Shown here: positions 20,206 through 30,324 of the stretch, piece by piece
Layout of the letters: each line of letters opens with the position of its first letter
Numbering within the stretch: position 1 is the stretch's first letter
Assembly (NCBI GenBank): GCA_052034685.1
Contig: JBPOIH010000008.1
Location: 3,502 to 67,501 of the forward strand
Direction of reading: 5' to 3'
Origin: Patescibacteria group bacterium
GTDB taxonomy: Bacteria; Patescibacteriota; Saccharimonadia; Saccharimonadales; CAYUUR01
Length of the DNA: 64,000 nucleotides
Notes under the pieces: model-generated
Told to the model about the DNA's origin: nothing
What the model saw: only the letters and a program-made list of their open reading frames with translations
Databases searched by the model: none
Translations under genes and position numbers: made by a program

Positions 20206-21183
20206 ATGAAGAGAATGCTGAGTGTACTCGCGAGTGTTTTTGTCTTGTTGCTTACGTTTGTATCGCCTCATGTTGTCCACGCTCAAGGCGGACAAGGCTT
20301 GGAGATTTCGCCTCCTTTGATTGAACTCAAGACCGACCCTGGCAAGACGGTGACCTCGACTATCCGCGTCCGAAATGTTACGCAAGACACACTGGTTATC
20401 AAGTCTCAAGTTAACGACTTTGTTGCCAACGGTGAAGATGGTAAGCCTAAGTTATTGCTAGATACAGACGAAGAGAGTCCGTATTCGATCAAATCATGGA
20501 TTGTGTCTGTTCCAGCTATAACTCTTAAGAAAGGCGAACAGAAGCCGATAAAAGTCACTTTGCGCGTGCCTGATAACGCGAGTCCTGGTGGCCATTTTGG
20601 CGTTATTCGTTTCACTGGTACACCGCCAGAACTAGAAGACACAGGTGTTTCACTTTCGGCAAGTGTTGGAACACTCATGCTCGTTAATGTTTCTGGGAAT
20701 ACTACCGAAAATGCTGAAGTGAGTGAACTATCAACTGCACAGAATGGCAAAAAACGCAGTTTGTTCGAGTACGGGCCTATCACAATAATCGAGCGAATCA
20801 ATAACACGGGCAACGTCTTCTTTAAGCCATCTGGTTCGGTACGGGTAAGTAACATGTTTGGACGGGAAGTAAAAACATACCCACTTAACGAGAATGGCGG
20901 CAATATCCTACCAGGAAGCACGAGAAGATTCGAGCAGGAGCTCAGTAACAAACTACTTTTTGGACGATATTCGGTTCAGGCTGACATTGTCTATGGAGAG
21001 AAGAATTCAATTATTACAGAGTCGACATCATTCTGGGTGATCCCTTACAAGCTCATTCTTATCATTCTGGGAGGGCTACTTGTGGCGATCGTGGCGATCA
21101 AGCGCTATAACAAATTCATCGTGAAAAAAGCACAAGGTAAAAGTGGGCGGAAGCACGATGGCAAAAAAGGCAACCAAGCGTAA
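20206..21183 (+). CDS. Membrane-anchored Ig-like (PapD-like / DUF916-like) surface protein, candidate assembly chaperone
   Basis: Signal peptide, then LEISPPLIELKTDPGKTVTSTIRVRNVTQDTLVIKSQV (a beta-sandwich chaperone-like pattern). C-terminal TM helix plus a Lys/Arg tail. Confidence 0.45.
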   Translation: MKRMLSVLASVFVLLLTFVSPHVVHAQGGQGLEISPPLIELKTDPGKTVTSTIRVRNVTQDTLVIKSQVNDFVANGEDGKPKLLLDTDEESPYSIKSWIVSVPAITLKKGEQKPIKVTLRVPDNASPGGHFGVIRFTGTPPELEDTGVSLSASVGTLMLVNVSGNTTENAEVSELSTAQNGKKRSLFEYGPITIIERINNTGNVFFKPSGSVRVSNMFGREVKTYPLNENGGNILPGSTRRFEQELSNKLLFGRYSVQADIVYGEKNSIITESTSFWVIPYKLILIILGGLLVAIVAIKRYNKFIVKKAQGKSGRKHDGKKGNQA

Positions 21184-22225
21184 TAGTCGCGCTGCAAAGT
21201 CGACAGTCTACCAAAAGCGTCGTCCGGTTCATATCAGTCATCATCGGCACACCGGTAGGCGACTTGCTTTTCACGAAACGTCTTACGCGCTACTTTTTTT
21301 TCTGATTGTGTTCTCTGCGGTGAGTGTGTTTATTATCAGGCATGTTATTGTGAGTGGCCTAACCATAGCTGATTCAGGAGACATTACGGTGAGTGGGGTT
21401 GTACAGGGGACGCCGCCATCGATCCCTGCAACTATTGATATACCCCTAAATAATTCGACGGTAAATAATGCTTTTGTACGCGTCTCGGGTACTTGCGAAC
21501 ATGACTATATCGTAGAAGTGTATCGTAACGCCGTGCTTGCCGGTTCGGTAACTTGTGACACTAATGGCGAATACGAGATCGAGATAAGTCTAGTCCCGGG
21601 CAGTAACACGTTAGTTGTTCGAACGACAGACATATTTGATCAATACGGTCCTGACTCTGGAACGATTACGTTATTTTACGACACGACAATTAGACCAACA
21701 CCTGAACCTGATGTCCCTACTGCGAATAATCCAAATGCGACAATAAACACCTCTAAAGTTTTTGTGAAAAGTAAAAGTTACTTTCGAGTAAGCCAATCAA
21801 CTAAGACAATAGTACTGAGATTTAGGATCAAGGATGGTAAAGCACCATACAAAGTGATGGTGGATTGGGGTGACGGGCAAAGCTCCCAGCAATCTTTCTC
21901 TCGGAGTGGCGATCAGGTCATGAAGCATATATATGCGACTTCCGGTCAGTACGAAGTTAAGATCACCGTGTTGGACGCAAGTGGCAGTAGTGCCTTCTTT
22001 CAAACAGTCGCGGTTGTGGACGGTAAGACTTCTGTAAACCTCTCGGCAACAGGAAATCTAACACAACGTTGCCAGCTCGATGCTATTTGTATCGTTCAGA
22101 ATCAAATAGTTGATGGCATAAATAAAGCCTGGCCGGCGTTTCTCTTAGTTAGTATCATGACAATCAGTTTTTGGATTGGCGAGAAGATTACTATCAACTA
22201 CATACTTAAAGATTCTACTCGTTAA
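21158..22225 (+). CDS. Bitopic/dual-anchored surface protein with a PKD-like domain
   Basis: Basic N-terminus plus a TM helix. PKD-type motif VDWGDGQSS...HIYATSGQYEVKITVLDASG. C-terminal TM helix. The start is ambiguous (21143 or 21158). Confidence 0.6.
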   Translation: MAKKATKRNSRAAKSTVYQKRRPVHISHHRHTGRRLAFHETSYALLFFLIVFSAVSVFIIRHVIVSGLTIADSGDITVSGVVQGTPPSIPATIDIPLNNSTVNNAFVRVSGTCEHDYIVEVYRNAVLAGSVTCDTNGEYEIEISLVPGSNTLVVRTTDIFDQYGPDSGTITLFYDTTIRPTPEPDVPTANNPNATINTSKVFVKSKSYFRVSQSTKTIVLRFRIKDGKAPYKVMVDWGDGQSSQQSFSRSGDQVMKHIYATSGQYEVKITVLDASGSSAFFQTVAVVDGKTSVNLSATGNLTQRCQLDAICIVQNQIVDGINKAWPAFLLVSIMTISFWIGEKITINYILKDSTR

Positions 22226-22374
22226 CACCATCAGAATTACTCAAAAATCTGATATCGAATACAAATAATACTCAGCAGGAACCTGTGGATAACCGATTGA
22301 ACTAACAGGGGTGTTTCGCTTGTGCTTAAGAAGTTAGCACGTTACAATGTGGTTACGTTTAATTGTAGACAAAC

Positions 22375-25300
22375 ATGTACAACATACTGCTCAAATATCA
22401 CTGGTGGAAATACAAGAAGGTTCAGCTATGCCTCTTTGTTTTACTGCTTATCTTTGCAGTTTTTTGGTTTCGATTGCACCAAACTCAGACTCTAAACTCC
22501 GCCGGTATTAACGAACAGTTGAACTTTCAGGCTCGATTGCTCGATGATACGGGGGCCGTTGTTCCAGACGGGTTTTATAATTTACGTTTTAAGGTGTATC
22601 AAGATGGAGATGGGTGTGTTGTATCAGGTACGTCACCTTGTAGTGGGACACTCGAGTGGACAGAAACTCGGGTAAGCACGGACAAGGTGCGGGTGAAGAA
22701 CGGCTACTTCTCCGTCTACCTTGGTTCTGTTAATCCTTTTGGTACGGATGTAGATTGGAACCAAGACACCTTATGGCTTTCAATTGACGTTGGCGGAACG
22801 GCAAGCCCATCATGGGATGGGGAAATGCTGCCATTTACCCGATTTAGCGCCACTCCGTACGCGAAGAATGCAAAAAAAGTTGGTGGCCTGTCTAAGGATG
22901 AGCTGTTACAGCTAGGCCAAGGCACTCTGCAGGTTGACTCCGGAGCTAATGATTCGATTGGGGTCAATAAGACTGGCGCCACTGGAGATATTCTTCAGTT
23001 ACAGCGTGCAGGCAGTGACGTTCTAGTGATTGATAATTCAGGAGTTCTCACTTTATCAAGAGACAACCCAGGCTCCGGAAACTCTAGTCGCATAAATATT
23101 TCGGCAAGCACGGGAACAATATATGGACAGATACAGCTGCGCGTGTCAGGTTCAGGATCCGGTGGATCAGGCGGTATGTCTTTCTATGGAAGAAAGACTG
23201 GATCCAACATTGAATTACTCAGGCTTAACTATGATTCAACTACAAGTGATCCATCGGCACTCTTGTTTTCGTCTGATGCCAGCAAGATAGCGTTTGGTAT
23301 TCGTGGTGCAGCCGCCCAAACCGCCAACCTCCAAGAATGGCAGAACAGCTCGGCAACAGTTCTTGCATCAGTCGGGGCAACGGGCAACGTGCTGTTTAAC
23401 CCATCAGCTGTGTCCGCAGATGCGTTTCGTGTGCAAGGTGCTGGAGCAAATGTTCTTCAGGTTGATACCACAGCGCGGGGTGTTAGCGGTGGTAATTTGG
23501 TTAAGGTTGGTAATTCGACAGGTACTGACGCTGATACCACGATCCTACAACTGGACGGTACGACAGCGGACCCGACCAGCAACTTGAGCGCCCTCAACGG
23601 AGGACTGTTCTATAACTCAACCAGTAACAAAGTATCAATTGTAGAAAACGGCGTTGTTAAGGTATTGTGTAACACGACAGACGCCGGTTGTGGCGCGGGT
23701 GGTAGCGGAGCACGGTTGGATCAAGTGACGGCTGCCACGAGTGGGGCAAGCATCAACAATGCTGCAAACAATATTGTTTGGAACTGGCAACTATCGGCTG
23801 CCGAGAGTGGCTTCACCTTTGCGGAGAATGTGGCCTCTACTGGTGGCGGCACACAAGATCAATTTATAACTGATATGGCGACACTGACTGGCTCGACGGC
23901 TTCACCTTTGCGGGTCACGTCCGCCTCAGTTGACGCTGCGGATGTGGTTTTCAACTTAGCGAGTGCTGGCGACATCGAGTTCCAAGACAATGGCACGGCA
24001 TTTATGACACTGAGTGATGCCGGTGCGTATACTTACACCCTTGATGCAACCGATAACCCAGCCTATACGATAACGAACAATGGGTCGGGTAATGTAGTGA
24101 CTAACCTTGCTGGAACGGGTGATCTCATTGTCCAGGACAACGGTACGGCGGTATTTACGATTGCTGATAGTGGCAAGATAGATACGGCCTTTACTAGCAC
24201 CAATACAACAGCGACAGATGATTATAGCCTCAAGGTTACAGTTTCGGATACAGGTATCGTCACGACCGGAACTGACAATACCTACGGGCAACAGCTATCT
24301 GTGTCTAGGAGTGGTGCCACTGGTGGCACGATCAACACCTTCGGTATCGATATAACAGCTAGTTCTGATAATGCCGGTGTTGGTGGCACCGCGACGGTAC
24401 GAGGATTGAATGCTATTGCAGGTGGCAATGCTTTCGGCAGCGCAGACTACATGTACGGTGTTGCTGGTGCTGCTCTTGCGGTCGCAGGTAATGATATTAC
24501 AAAGGCTGTGGGGGTTAGCGGTAGTGTAGGTAGCGTATTCTTTGCGGGAACCATAGTTGACGCGTATGCACTAGAAGGATCTATCAACGTGACAGGTGGC
24601 GGTACCATAACCACAGCCGCAGGCCTGCAGATCAATAGCGCCGCCATCTCCGCCGCCACCATAGCGAACAATTATGGTATTCGGGTTGCCGCTCAGACCG
24701 TAGGCACAACTGACTACGGCGTGGCAATTGAGGCGGCAGACACGCAGACGTTGTGGCTTAGTAGTAATGCGAATAATACGACAGCAAGCGCCGGTATAGC
24801 CTTTGGCTCGTCACGTGACACCAACCTATATCGTAGCGATGTAGCTACGCTCAAGACGGATGGCACTTTCCAGGTTGGCAGCGCCACGAGCCCGGGGCAG
24901 ATTGATCTGTATGGCGATCTTGTCAAAAAGGGCATTTCTAAGCAGACTGGCCTTACGGGCATATCAGATATCTTCATCTACGATACGACTAAGGATTCTG
25001 ATGTCGGCGCCTGGACAAACTCACCAACCTCTCAAGCTTTGAGCTGGTACACAGAGAGTAAGAATGATGGGTATGGTGATGCTTGTAACATCTCCAGTGA
25101 CACGCGTTGCGGCTCGTCGGCCTTCCCAAAGAAAGCGATTATCGTATCTACCACAAGTGCGGTGTATATATTTGATGCCAATGACTATAAAATGTTCATG
25201 AAGTTCGACCAAAATGCTTCAGGCTATGCTCTGGGCGTAGATACAAACAATGATCCTTCCAGTGTATTTGCGCTCAACGGTGTTGTATACGTCGGTGCTA

Positions 25301-28300
25301 ACGGTTCAGCAGCCGGCGGTTTATATGCTATCGACTTCACGAGTGACCGTTTATTTAACTACAATACGACTGATCGAGACCAGGGTAATAAGAATATCGC
25401 TAACCGCAACACGGCTGTGACTTATAACGTTGATAGTCGAACGGCTATGGCGATTCGTCATAACGCTGTAAATGCCGTGCACGGCTCGGTGTTATATGGA
25501 TCAAGCTCAATTGAAACTAACGGTGGTCCGCTCAACGGTGCAACATTTATTGCAGCCGCTACAGATGACTCGATGTCGGTGATCAATCTTTCAGCGCAAC
25601 AAACGCTTGATTATGGCGACAACCTAACAGATCAGTTTAGTTCTGTGTATGTGACAAAGAGGGGTCGTCTCTATGGGCTTAACGTGACCTTATCCCAAGT
25701 AGAGCGATATGGTACACAAGCCAACGGTACGGTTGGTATTGATGTAGCAAAGGCTGACCAGGCAACACCTACGGATGTGTTTGATGAGCAGGCTGCAAAC
25801 CTGCCGCACGTGGCAAACGGTGCGTCTGCACCAACGTTTGCGGTGGGTGCACCAGACGCTTTGAAGGTAATGGAACGCGCATCTATGGCTGATGACGCGG
25901 CAGATCTGATATATGTTGGCCATAGCGCTGGGCTAACAGAAGTTCACGATACTAACACGGCGTCTGGTACTTCTATTGGTTGGTCGAAGAACTACAATAT
26001 TAGCCGCGAGACTGGTTATATGTCAGGGACTCAACGAGGTATGTTTAGTTTTGATAACCTATCTGGAGATCTGACGGATGCAACTATTCGCAACAGTGTA
26101 CTTGAACCAGAAGTCGCGCCTACTTATGGGGTTAATGGTGTTCATGGCACAGGGCTGAGATTCAACGGCACGAGCCAATTCCTCTGTTCAGATGCTAATA
26201 ATGACGGTACTTGCGATACAGACGCTGACTTCAACGTTGCGGCCATCTCATTCCATGTAGAGGCGTGGTTTAAGCACTCTGCGACTGTTACAGGTACTGA
26301 CGTTCTAATTGATAAGCGATACAGTGCGTTTGCTGGTACGGAAGGTATCGGCTACACGGTTGAGATGAACTCAAGTGGTCAAATCGTTTTTGGTATTCAG
26401 GATACCGCTGCAACTGCTGGGTATGATGACTCTGTTACCTCAACTCAGACATATAACGATAACCAATGGCACCATGTCGTGGCTCTCAATACGGATACGG
26501 GTATATGTCTATACCTTGATGGTAAACTAGCCGTTGGCTGTGACACGACGCTTGGAGCAACCGGTACGTTAGATGCTTCACAAATTTTAACGATTGGTGC
26601 GGACGCTAGTGGTGCCGCAGGTGGAAACTTCTGGGATGGAGATATTGATGATGTCTACTTTGCCAGTGGTGGCGCTACTACATCTGATACTCTCAGTCAG
26701 GCACAAATCAGGAAACGATATCTTGAAGGACGCAGCGCGTTGGCTAAACCTTCGACAGTCGTATCGGCTGCGACTACAAGCAGTAGTACTACAATTGGTG
26801 ACTCTGGAGAGTCGTACGTCACTAACGCATTTGTGGGAAGTATGGTTGAGATTACTGGCGGAACAGGCGCTGGTCAGTCAAGACGAGTCATTGCCAACGA
26901 TGGCACGACCCTGACCGTTAGCCCGGCTTGGACGGTAACGCCAAGCACTGATTCAAACTATGAGGTTGTCCCGGAGAAATTGTACGGGGACACCAATACG
27001 GTCACGTCGATCGCACTCAATAACTCGAACTTCTTAGGCACAAACCCTGACTTATACGTTGGAACGAGTAATGGTAGTGATGGTGGGGCAGTCAGCGTCT
27101 TTGGTGGTTATGGAAATTCCTTCATATCAAATCTTTACCACTCAGATGCTGGTGTCACAGACACTACCAGCACAAGTTGGTCGGGTACGGACGCCGATGA
27201 CATTGACGCCTTCTCGGTAGAAAGCGGTGTGGTGGCAATGGGCTCTTCGGCGAATATGTGGTTTGAAAAGTTTGATAGAAATCTCGAGCAAGACGTCGAT
27301 AAGTTCTTCAGTAATGTATCCTCGATTCGAGGCGAGCTGATTGTTGACGGTATGGCAGGTGTGTCTTCAGAAGTTGGTGGCGTTGGTGGTGCTGACCTTG
27401 CCGAGCGCTTTACTTCGTTTGAATCACTAACCGCTGGCGAAATAGTTAGCTCAGAAGACAATAATGTTGGTGCAGTACGGCGAACTAGTCAAGCATATGA
27501 CGATAAGGCGCTTGGAATTGTGGCCACGCAGCCAGGCATCGTCATTGGTCCGCAAGAAGACAATTCATACCCGATTGCTCTCAGTGGTCGCGTTCCGGTT
27601 AAAATCGCACTTAAGCTGAACGAAAAGATAAAATCCGGTGACAGGATCACATCGAGCAGCGTTCCGGGGCATGGTATGAAGGCAGTAGCTGCCGGCCGAG
27701 TTATTGGTGTAGCCCTAGAAGATGTTAACCTAGACACATTGATTGATTGTCCAGAAGGAAGTCCAGATAATCTGCGCTGTACAACTATAACGGTATTTGT
27801 GAATTTGGTTGACTATAACGGCCAAAAAGTAGAGGTCGCTATGGAAGAGTTCCAAGACTCAGGCTTCACGCTACCAGATACGGTACTTGGACCGCTGGTT
27901 AATCTTCAAGAAGGCGTGCTGGACGAGAAACTCAAGAAGTCGGATGATATAATTCGCTATCTTCTGGGTCGCAAGCAGCAGCAAGCCGTCACAGACGAAC
28001 CGCAGTCGGAGATATTGGCCGACCGAGTCAGTGCGCTGGAGGTCAATGGCTTGAGTATCATCGCCAAAGACATTACCGCAGATAGCATCAAAGCTAATAA
28101 GATAGAAGGTCTTGAGTTGCTGGTAGGGAAGATAACCGGAAAGTCCACAAGATCTAGCAGTAGTGATGCTGCAGACGTTACTGCTACTTCTATCGACATG
28201 GATAACTTCATCGTCAAGACAGCGAAGGTCAGTAAGGATCTCACAATCGACGGAGCGTTATTTGCAAATGGAGCATTGGAAGTAGCAGGACCTGTTAAGT

Positions 28301-28665
28301 TCCTTAATACCTCCATCTTCTATAGACTTGCAACGTTCGTTGACTCGGTAATATTCAAGAATGACGTCGAGATCCAGGGGCGTTTGACGCAGAACAATGA
28401 CGCCGCTGGCTTCGCCACTATCTACAAGACACAGAAGAAGGTAGAAGTGAAGTTCGATAAGCCTTATGAGGACACGCCAGTGGTAACCGTTAACATCAAG
28501 AACGGTAAGTTCGCCCAGTTCGCCTATGACGACTTAAGCAAAAAAGGCTTCACGATTGTTCTGCCAGAAGACGCCACTGAGGATATAGAGTTTGCCTGGA
28601 CGGCGGTTAGTGTCAAAGGCGCTAAGACAGTCGAGTTACAACCTTCTACAAGCAAGACAGATTAG
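22375..28665 (+). CDS. Giant surface protein (2096 aa) with a LamG/concanavalin-like lectin domain
   Basis: Uninterrupted 2096-codon ORF with an N-terminal TM anchor. Long Gly/Thr/Ser/Ala/Asn-rich beta-type region. LamG-like block (LRFNGTSQFL...FHVEAWFK...NDNQWHHVVAL...LYLDGKL...WDGDIDDVYF) at about 26090-26670. Confidence 0.75.
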   Translation: MYNILLKYHWWKYKKVQLCLFVLLLIFAVFWFRLHQTQTLNSAGINEQLNFQARLLDDTGAVVPDGFYNLRFKVYQDGDGCVVSGTSPCSGTLEWTETRVSTDKVRVKNGYFSVYLGSVNPFGTDVDWNQDTLWLSIDVGGTASPSWDGEMLPFTRFSATPYAKNAKKVGGLSKDELLQLGQGTLQVDSGANDSIGVNKTGATGDILQLQRAGSDVLVIDNSGVLTLSRDNPGSGNSSRINISASTGTIYGQIQLRVSGSGSGGSGGMSFYGRKTGSNIELLRLNYDSTTSDPSALLFSSDASKIAFGIRGAAAQTANLQEWQNSSATVLASVGATGNVLFNPSAVSADAFRVQGAGANVLQVDTTARGVSGGNLVKVGNSTGTDADTTILQLDGTTADPTSNLSALNGGLFYNSTSNKVSIVENGVVKVLCNTTDAGCGAGGSGARLDQVTAATSGASINNAANNIVWNWQLSAAESGFTFAENVASTGGGTQDQFITDMATLTGSTASPLRVTSASVDAADVVFNLASAGDIEFQDNGTAFMTLSDAGAYTYTLDATDNPAYTITNNGSGNVVTNLAGTGDLIVQDNGTAVFTIADSGKIDTAFTSTNTTATDDYSLKVTVSDTGIVTTGTDNTYGQQLSVSRSGATGGTINTFGIDITASSDNAGVGGTATVRGLNAIAGGNAFGSADYMYGVAGAALAVAGNDITKAVGVSGSVGSVFFAGTIVDAYALEGSINVTGGGTITTAAGLQINSAAISAATIANNYGIRVAAQTVGTTDYGVAIEAADTQTLWLSSNANNTTASAGIAFGSSRDTNLYRSDVATLKTDGTFQVGSATSPGQIDLYGDLVKKGISKQTGLTGISDIFIYDTTKDSDVGAWTNSPTSQALSWYTESKNDGYGDACNISSDTRCGSSAFPKKAIIVSTTSAVYIFDANDYKMFMKFDQNASGYALGVDTNNDPSSVFALNGVVYVGANGSAAGGLYAIDFTSDRLFNYNTTDRDQGNKNIANRNTAVTYNVDSRTAMAIRHNAVNAVHGSVLYGSSSIETNGGPLNGATFIAAATDDSMSVINLSAQQTLDYGDNLTDQFSSVYVTKRGRLYGLNVTLSQVERYGTQANGTVGIDVAKADQATPTDVFDEQAANLPHVANGASAPTFAVGAPDALKVMERASMADDAADLIYVGHSAGLTEVHDTNTASGTSIGWSKNYNISRETGYMSGTQRGMFSFDNLSGDLTDATIRNSVLEPEVAPTYGVNGVHGTGLRFNGTSQFLCSDANNDGTCDTDADFNVAAISFHVEAWFKHSATVTGTDVLIDKRYSAFAGTEGIGYTVEMNSSGQIVFGIQDTAATAGYDDSVTSTQTYNDNQWHHVVALNTDTGICLYLDGKLAVGCDTTLGATGTLDASQILTIGADASGAAGGNFWDGDIDDVYFASGGATTSDTLSQAQIRKRYLEGRSALAKPSTVVSAATTSSSTTIGDSGESYVTNAFVGSMVEITGGTGAGQSRRVIANDGTTLTVSPAWTVTPSTDSNYEVVPEKLYGDTNTVTSIALNNSNFLGTNPDLYVGTSNGSDGGAVSVFGGYGNSFISNLYHSDAGVTDTTSTSWSGTDADDIDAFSVESGVVAMGSSANMWFEKFDRNLEQDVDKFFSNVSSIRGELIVDGMAGVSSEVGGVGGADLAERFTSFESLTAGEIVSSEDNNVGAVRRTSQAYDDKALGIVATQPGIVIGPQEDNSYPIALSGRVPVKIALKLNEKIKSGDRITSSSVPGHGMKAVAAGRVIGVALEDVNLDTLIDCPEGSPDNLRCTTITVFVNLVDYNGQKVEVAMEEFQDSGFTLPDTVLGPLVNLQEGVLDEKLKKSDDIIRYLLGRKQQQAVTDEPQSEILADRVSALEVNGLSIIAKDITADSIKANKIEGLELLVGKITGKSTRSSSSDAADVTATSIDMDNFIVKTAKVSKDLTIDGALFANGALEVAGPVKFLNTSIFYRLATFVDSVIFKNDVEIQGRLTQNNDAAGFATIYKTQKKVEVKFDKPYEDTPVVTVNIKNGKFAQFAYDDLSKKGFTIVLPEDATEDIEFAWTAVSVKGAKTVELQPSTSKTD

Positions 28666-29618
28666 TTAACACTAGTAACGTAGTCATAGGCCATTTTGGA
28701 TATGGCTTTGAAGTGCTGGTTTGTTTGATCGTCATCACTCTGCAGCATTAAACAGATGGCGTATTGGCGGTTAGGTACATAAACTATCCCACAGTCGCTT
28801 TGGGTTTGTTTGCTGAATGAACCGATCTTACGCGCAACTTTTATATTATCAGGGACTCCTGCTCGCAATCGGTCGTTGTCTCCTGATTCAGCTAGGTTGT
28901 TTAGTATTTCTTGTGAGTTATCTCGGTTAAGATGACATGAGAAATACAGGCACGATAAAAACGACGAATAGGCGCGAGAACTAATAAGCACGTAGCTGCC
29001 TGTTCCGGTACTGGCCTCATTTAACTCAACATCGAGGCTCTTGATAGCTAATTCTTCATCTTTCATTATATCCTTGGTGCTAGAGTAGACGACGTATGCT
29101 GCAGTGTTGTCTGATTCTGTTAGTGCGATTTTGGCCGCTTGTCTAAGAGTGATTGTGTCTCCGGGCTTGAGCCGGTTGGTGTTGCCGTAGACACCGTCGC
29201 TACTAACTGCTTCAGCGGTGACTGTAACTTGCTTATCAAGGTCTACTTTGCCTAGCTCTGCCGCCTTGTATAGATCCATAACAATCGGGATTTTCATGAG
29301 TGATGCACCGACCAATTCGTTAGTTTCACCGTCACGGATGTTGGTGCCAGTCGGGAGGTATTCAAAGTAAAAGCTGTGCGGAATACCTGTTTTAGCCAGA
29401 TAATCTTTGATTTTAGTCCGTAGAGGAGAGAAGTTGACGATGGTGTCATTGGGGTTCTCCAGGAATATTCGCTTTGCAAGCAAGGGGTATTTAGCCTGGG
29501 CCTCCGTTGGCATCTCGTTCTTCTTGGAGCAGAAAAGCTGGTAGGCCAAAAATATACTTACAAATAACAGAATAATAGTGGTGATGGCGAATAAGTTACG
29601 TTTCAAATAATTCCTCAT
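28662..29618 (-). CDS. Membrane-anchored class A beta-lactamase-like serine hydrolase
   Basis: N-terminal TM helix. SxxK (SLMK), SDN (ESDNTAA) and a KTG-like motif (RKIGSF), in the correct order and spacing. Confidence 0.65.
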   Translation of the reverse strand: MRNYLKRNLFAITTIILLFVSIFLAYQLFCSKKNEMPTEAQAKYPLLAKRIFLENPNDTIVNFSPLRTKIKDYLAKTGIPHSFYFEYLPTGTNIRDGETNELVGASLMKIPIVMDLYKAAELGKVDLDKQVTVTAEAVSSDGVYGNTNRLKPGDTITLRQAAKIALTESDNTAAYVVYSSTKDIMKDEELAIKSLDVELNEASTGTGSYVLISSRAYSSFLSCLYFSCHLNRDNSQEILNNLAESGDNDRLRAGVPDNIKVARKIGSFSKQTQSDCGIVYVPNRQYAICLMLQSDDDQTNQHFKAISKMAYDYVTSVN

Positions 29619-29724
29619 AGGTCCTCAATGGGTACTTATATTGTATCGAGAGTTTGCGTGGATTAACATAGCCAAATTAAGTTGCGCAAACAGGGGAGAC
29701 CCGATAAACTTAAGCTATAAAACC

Positions 29725-30171
29725 ATGGGGAAAATATCGATCAAAGAAGAGGGTGAGTCAACTGCTTCAGTAGCGTCTAAGCTAAAAGCTCGTATGACTA
29801 TGCGGAACATCAAACGAGGTTTAGCTGTATTTGCTGTATTTGCTGTAGGAGTTTTGGTCTGGCAGTACCTTGATGCACGGGCAGAACTGAAACGCTTCAA
29901 TGATCCGGCCGCAGCAGTTGCTCAAGAATCCGAGGATACCGTGAGTGAAGTCAGTAAGGTGATGGTTTTGCCGGCAGGTGAGCAGCCAATCCCTGCACTC
30001 GTTAAGGACGAAGCCAAGTTCGCCGACAACCCGGTTTTTGAAGGCGTAAAGAACGGTGACAAACTGCTGATTTACCAGGAAAAACGTAAGGTCATCATCT
30101 ACCGGCCATCTACCAAACAGATTGTAAACGTCATTACTATTGCTGCAAACCAAGAAGTGCCAGCGCAGTAA
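29725..30171 (+). CDS. Membrane-anchored hypothetical protein
   Basis: I prefer the ATG at 29725. One TM helix (LAVFAVFAVGVLVWQYL). No recognised motif. Confidence 0.45.
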   Translation: MGKISIKEEGESTASVASKLKARMTMRNIKRGLAVFAVFAVGVLVWQYLDARAELKRFNDPAAAVAQESEDTVSEVSKVMVLPAGEQPIPALVKDEAKFADNPVFEGVKNGDKLLIYQEKRKVIIYRPSTKQIVNVITIAANQEVPAQ

Positions 30172-30246
30172 TCGTTGCTTTTTATCTAGAATCTTGCTAT
30201 GATTGCCCCTGTTATTCGTTTGTTAACCAAGCGCAACAACAGATGC

Positions 30247-30323
30247 GGGCTCGTGGTGTAGAGGCCTAACATGCCTCCCTGTCACGGAGGAGATCGCCGG
30301 TTCGAATCCGGTCGGGCCCGCCA
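30247..30323 (+). tRNA. tRNA-Asp (anticodon GTC)
   Basis: Acceptor GGGCTCG/CGGGCCC, anticodon arm CCTCC-CTGTCAC-GGAGG, T-arm GCCGG-TTCGAAT-CCGGT, discriminator G, encoded CCA. Confidence 0.9.
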
Positions 30324-30324
30324 A
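30308..30324 (+). repeat. Direct repeat copy 1 (tRNA-Asp 3' end), CCGGTCGGGCCCGCCAA
   Basis: An identical 17-mer recurs at 31372-31388. Degenerate copies lie at 30491-30502, 31941-31947 and 33159-33170. Confidence 0.85.

Noticed and set aside
22375-28665. Diversity-generating retroelement targeting the giant LamG protein or the pilins
   Set aside because: I found no reverse transcriptase gene in the window and no template/variable repeat pair with adenine-specific mismatches near the 3' ends of these genes.
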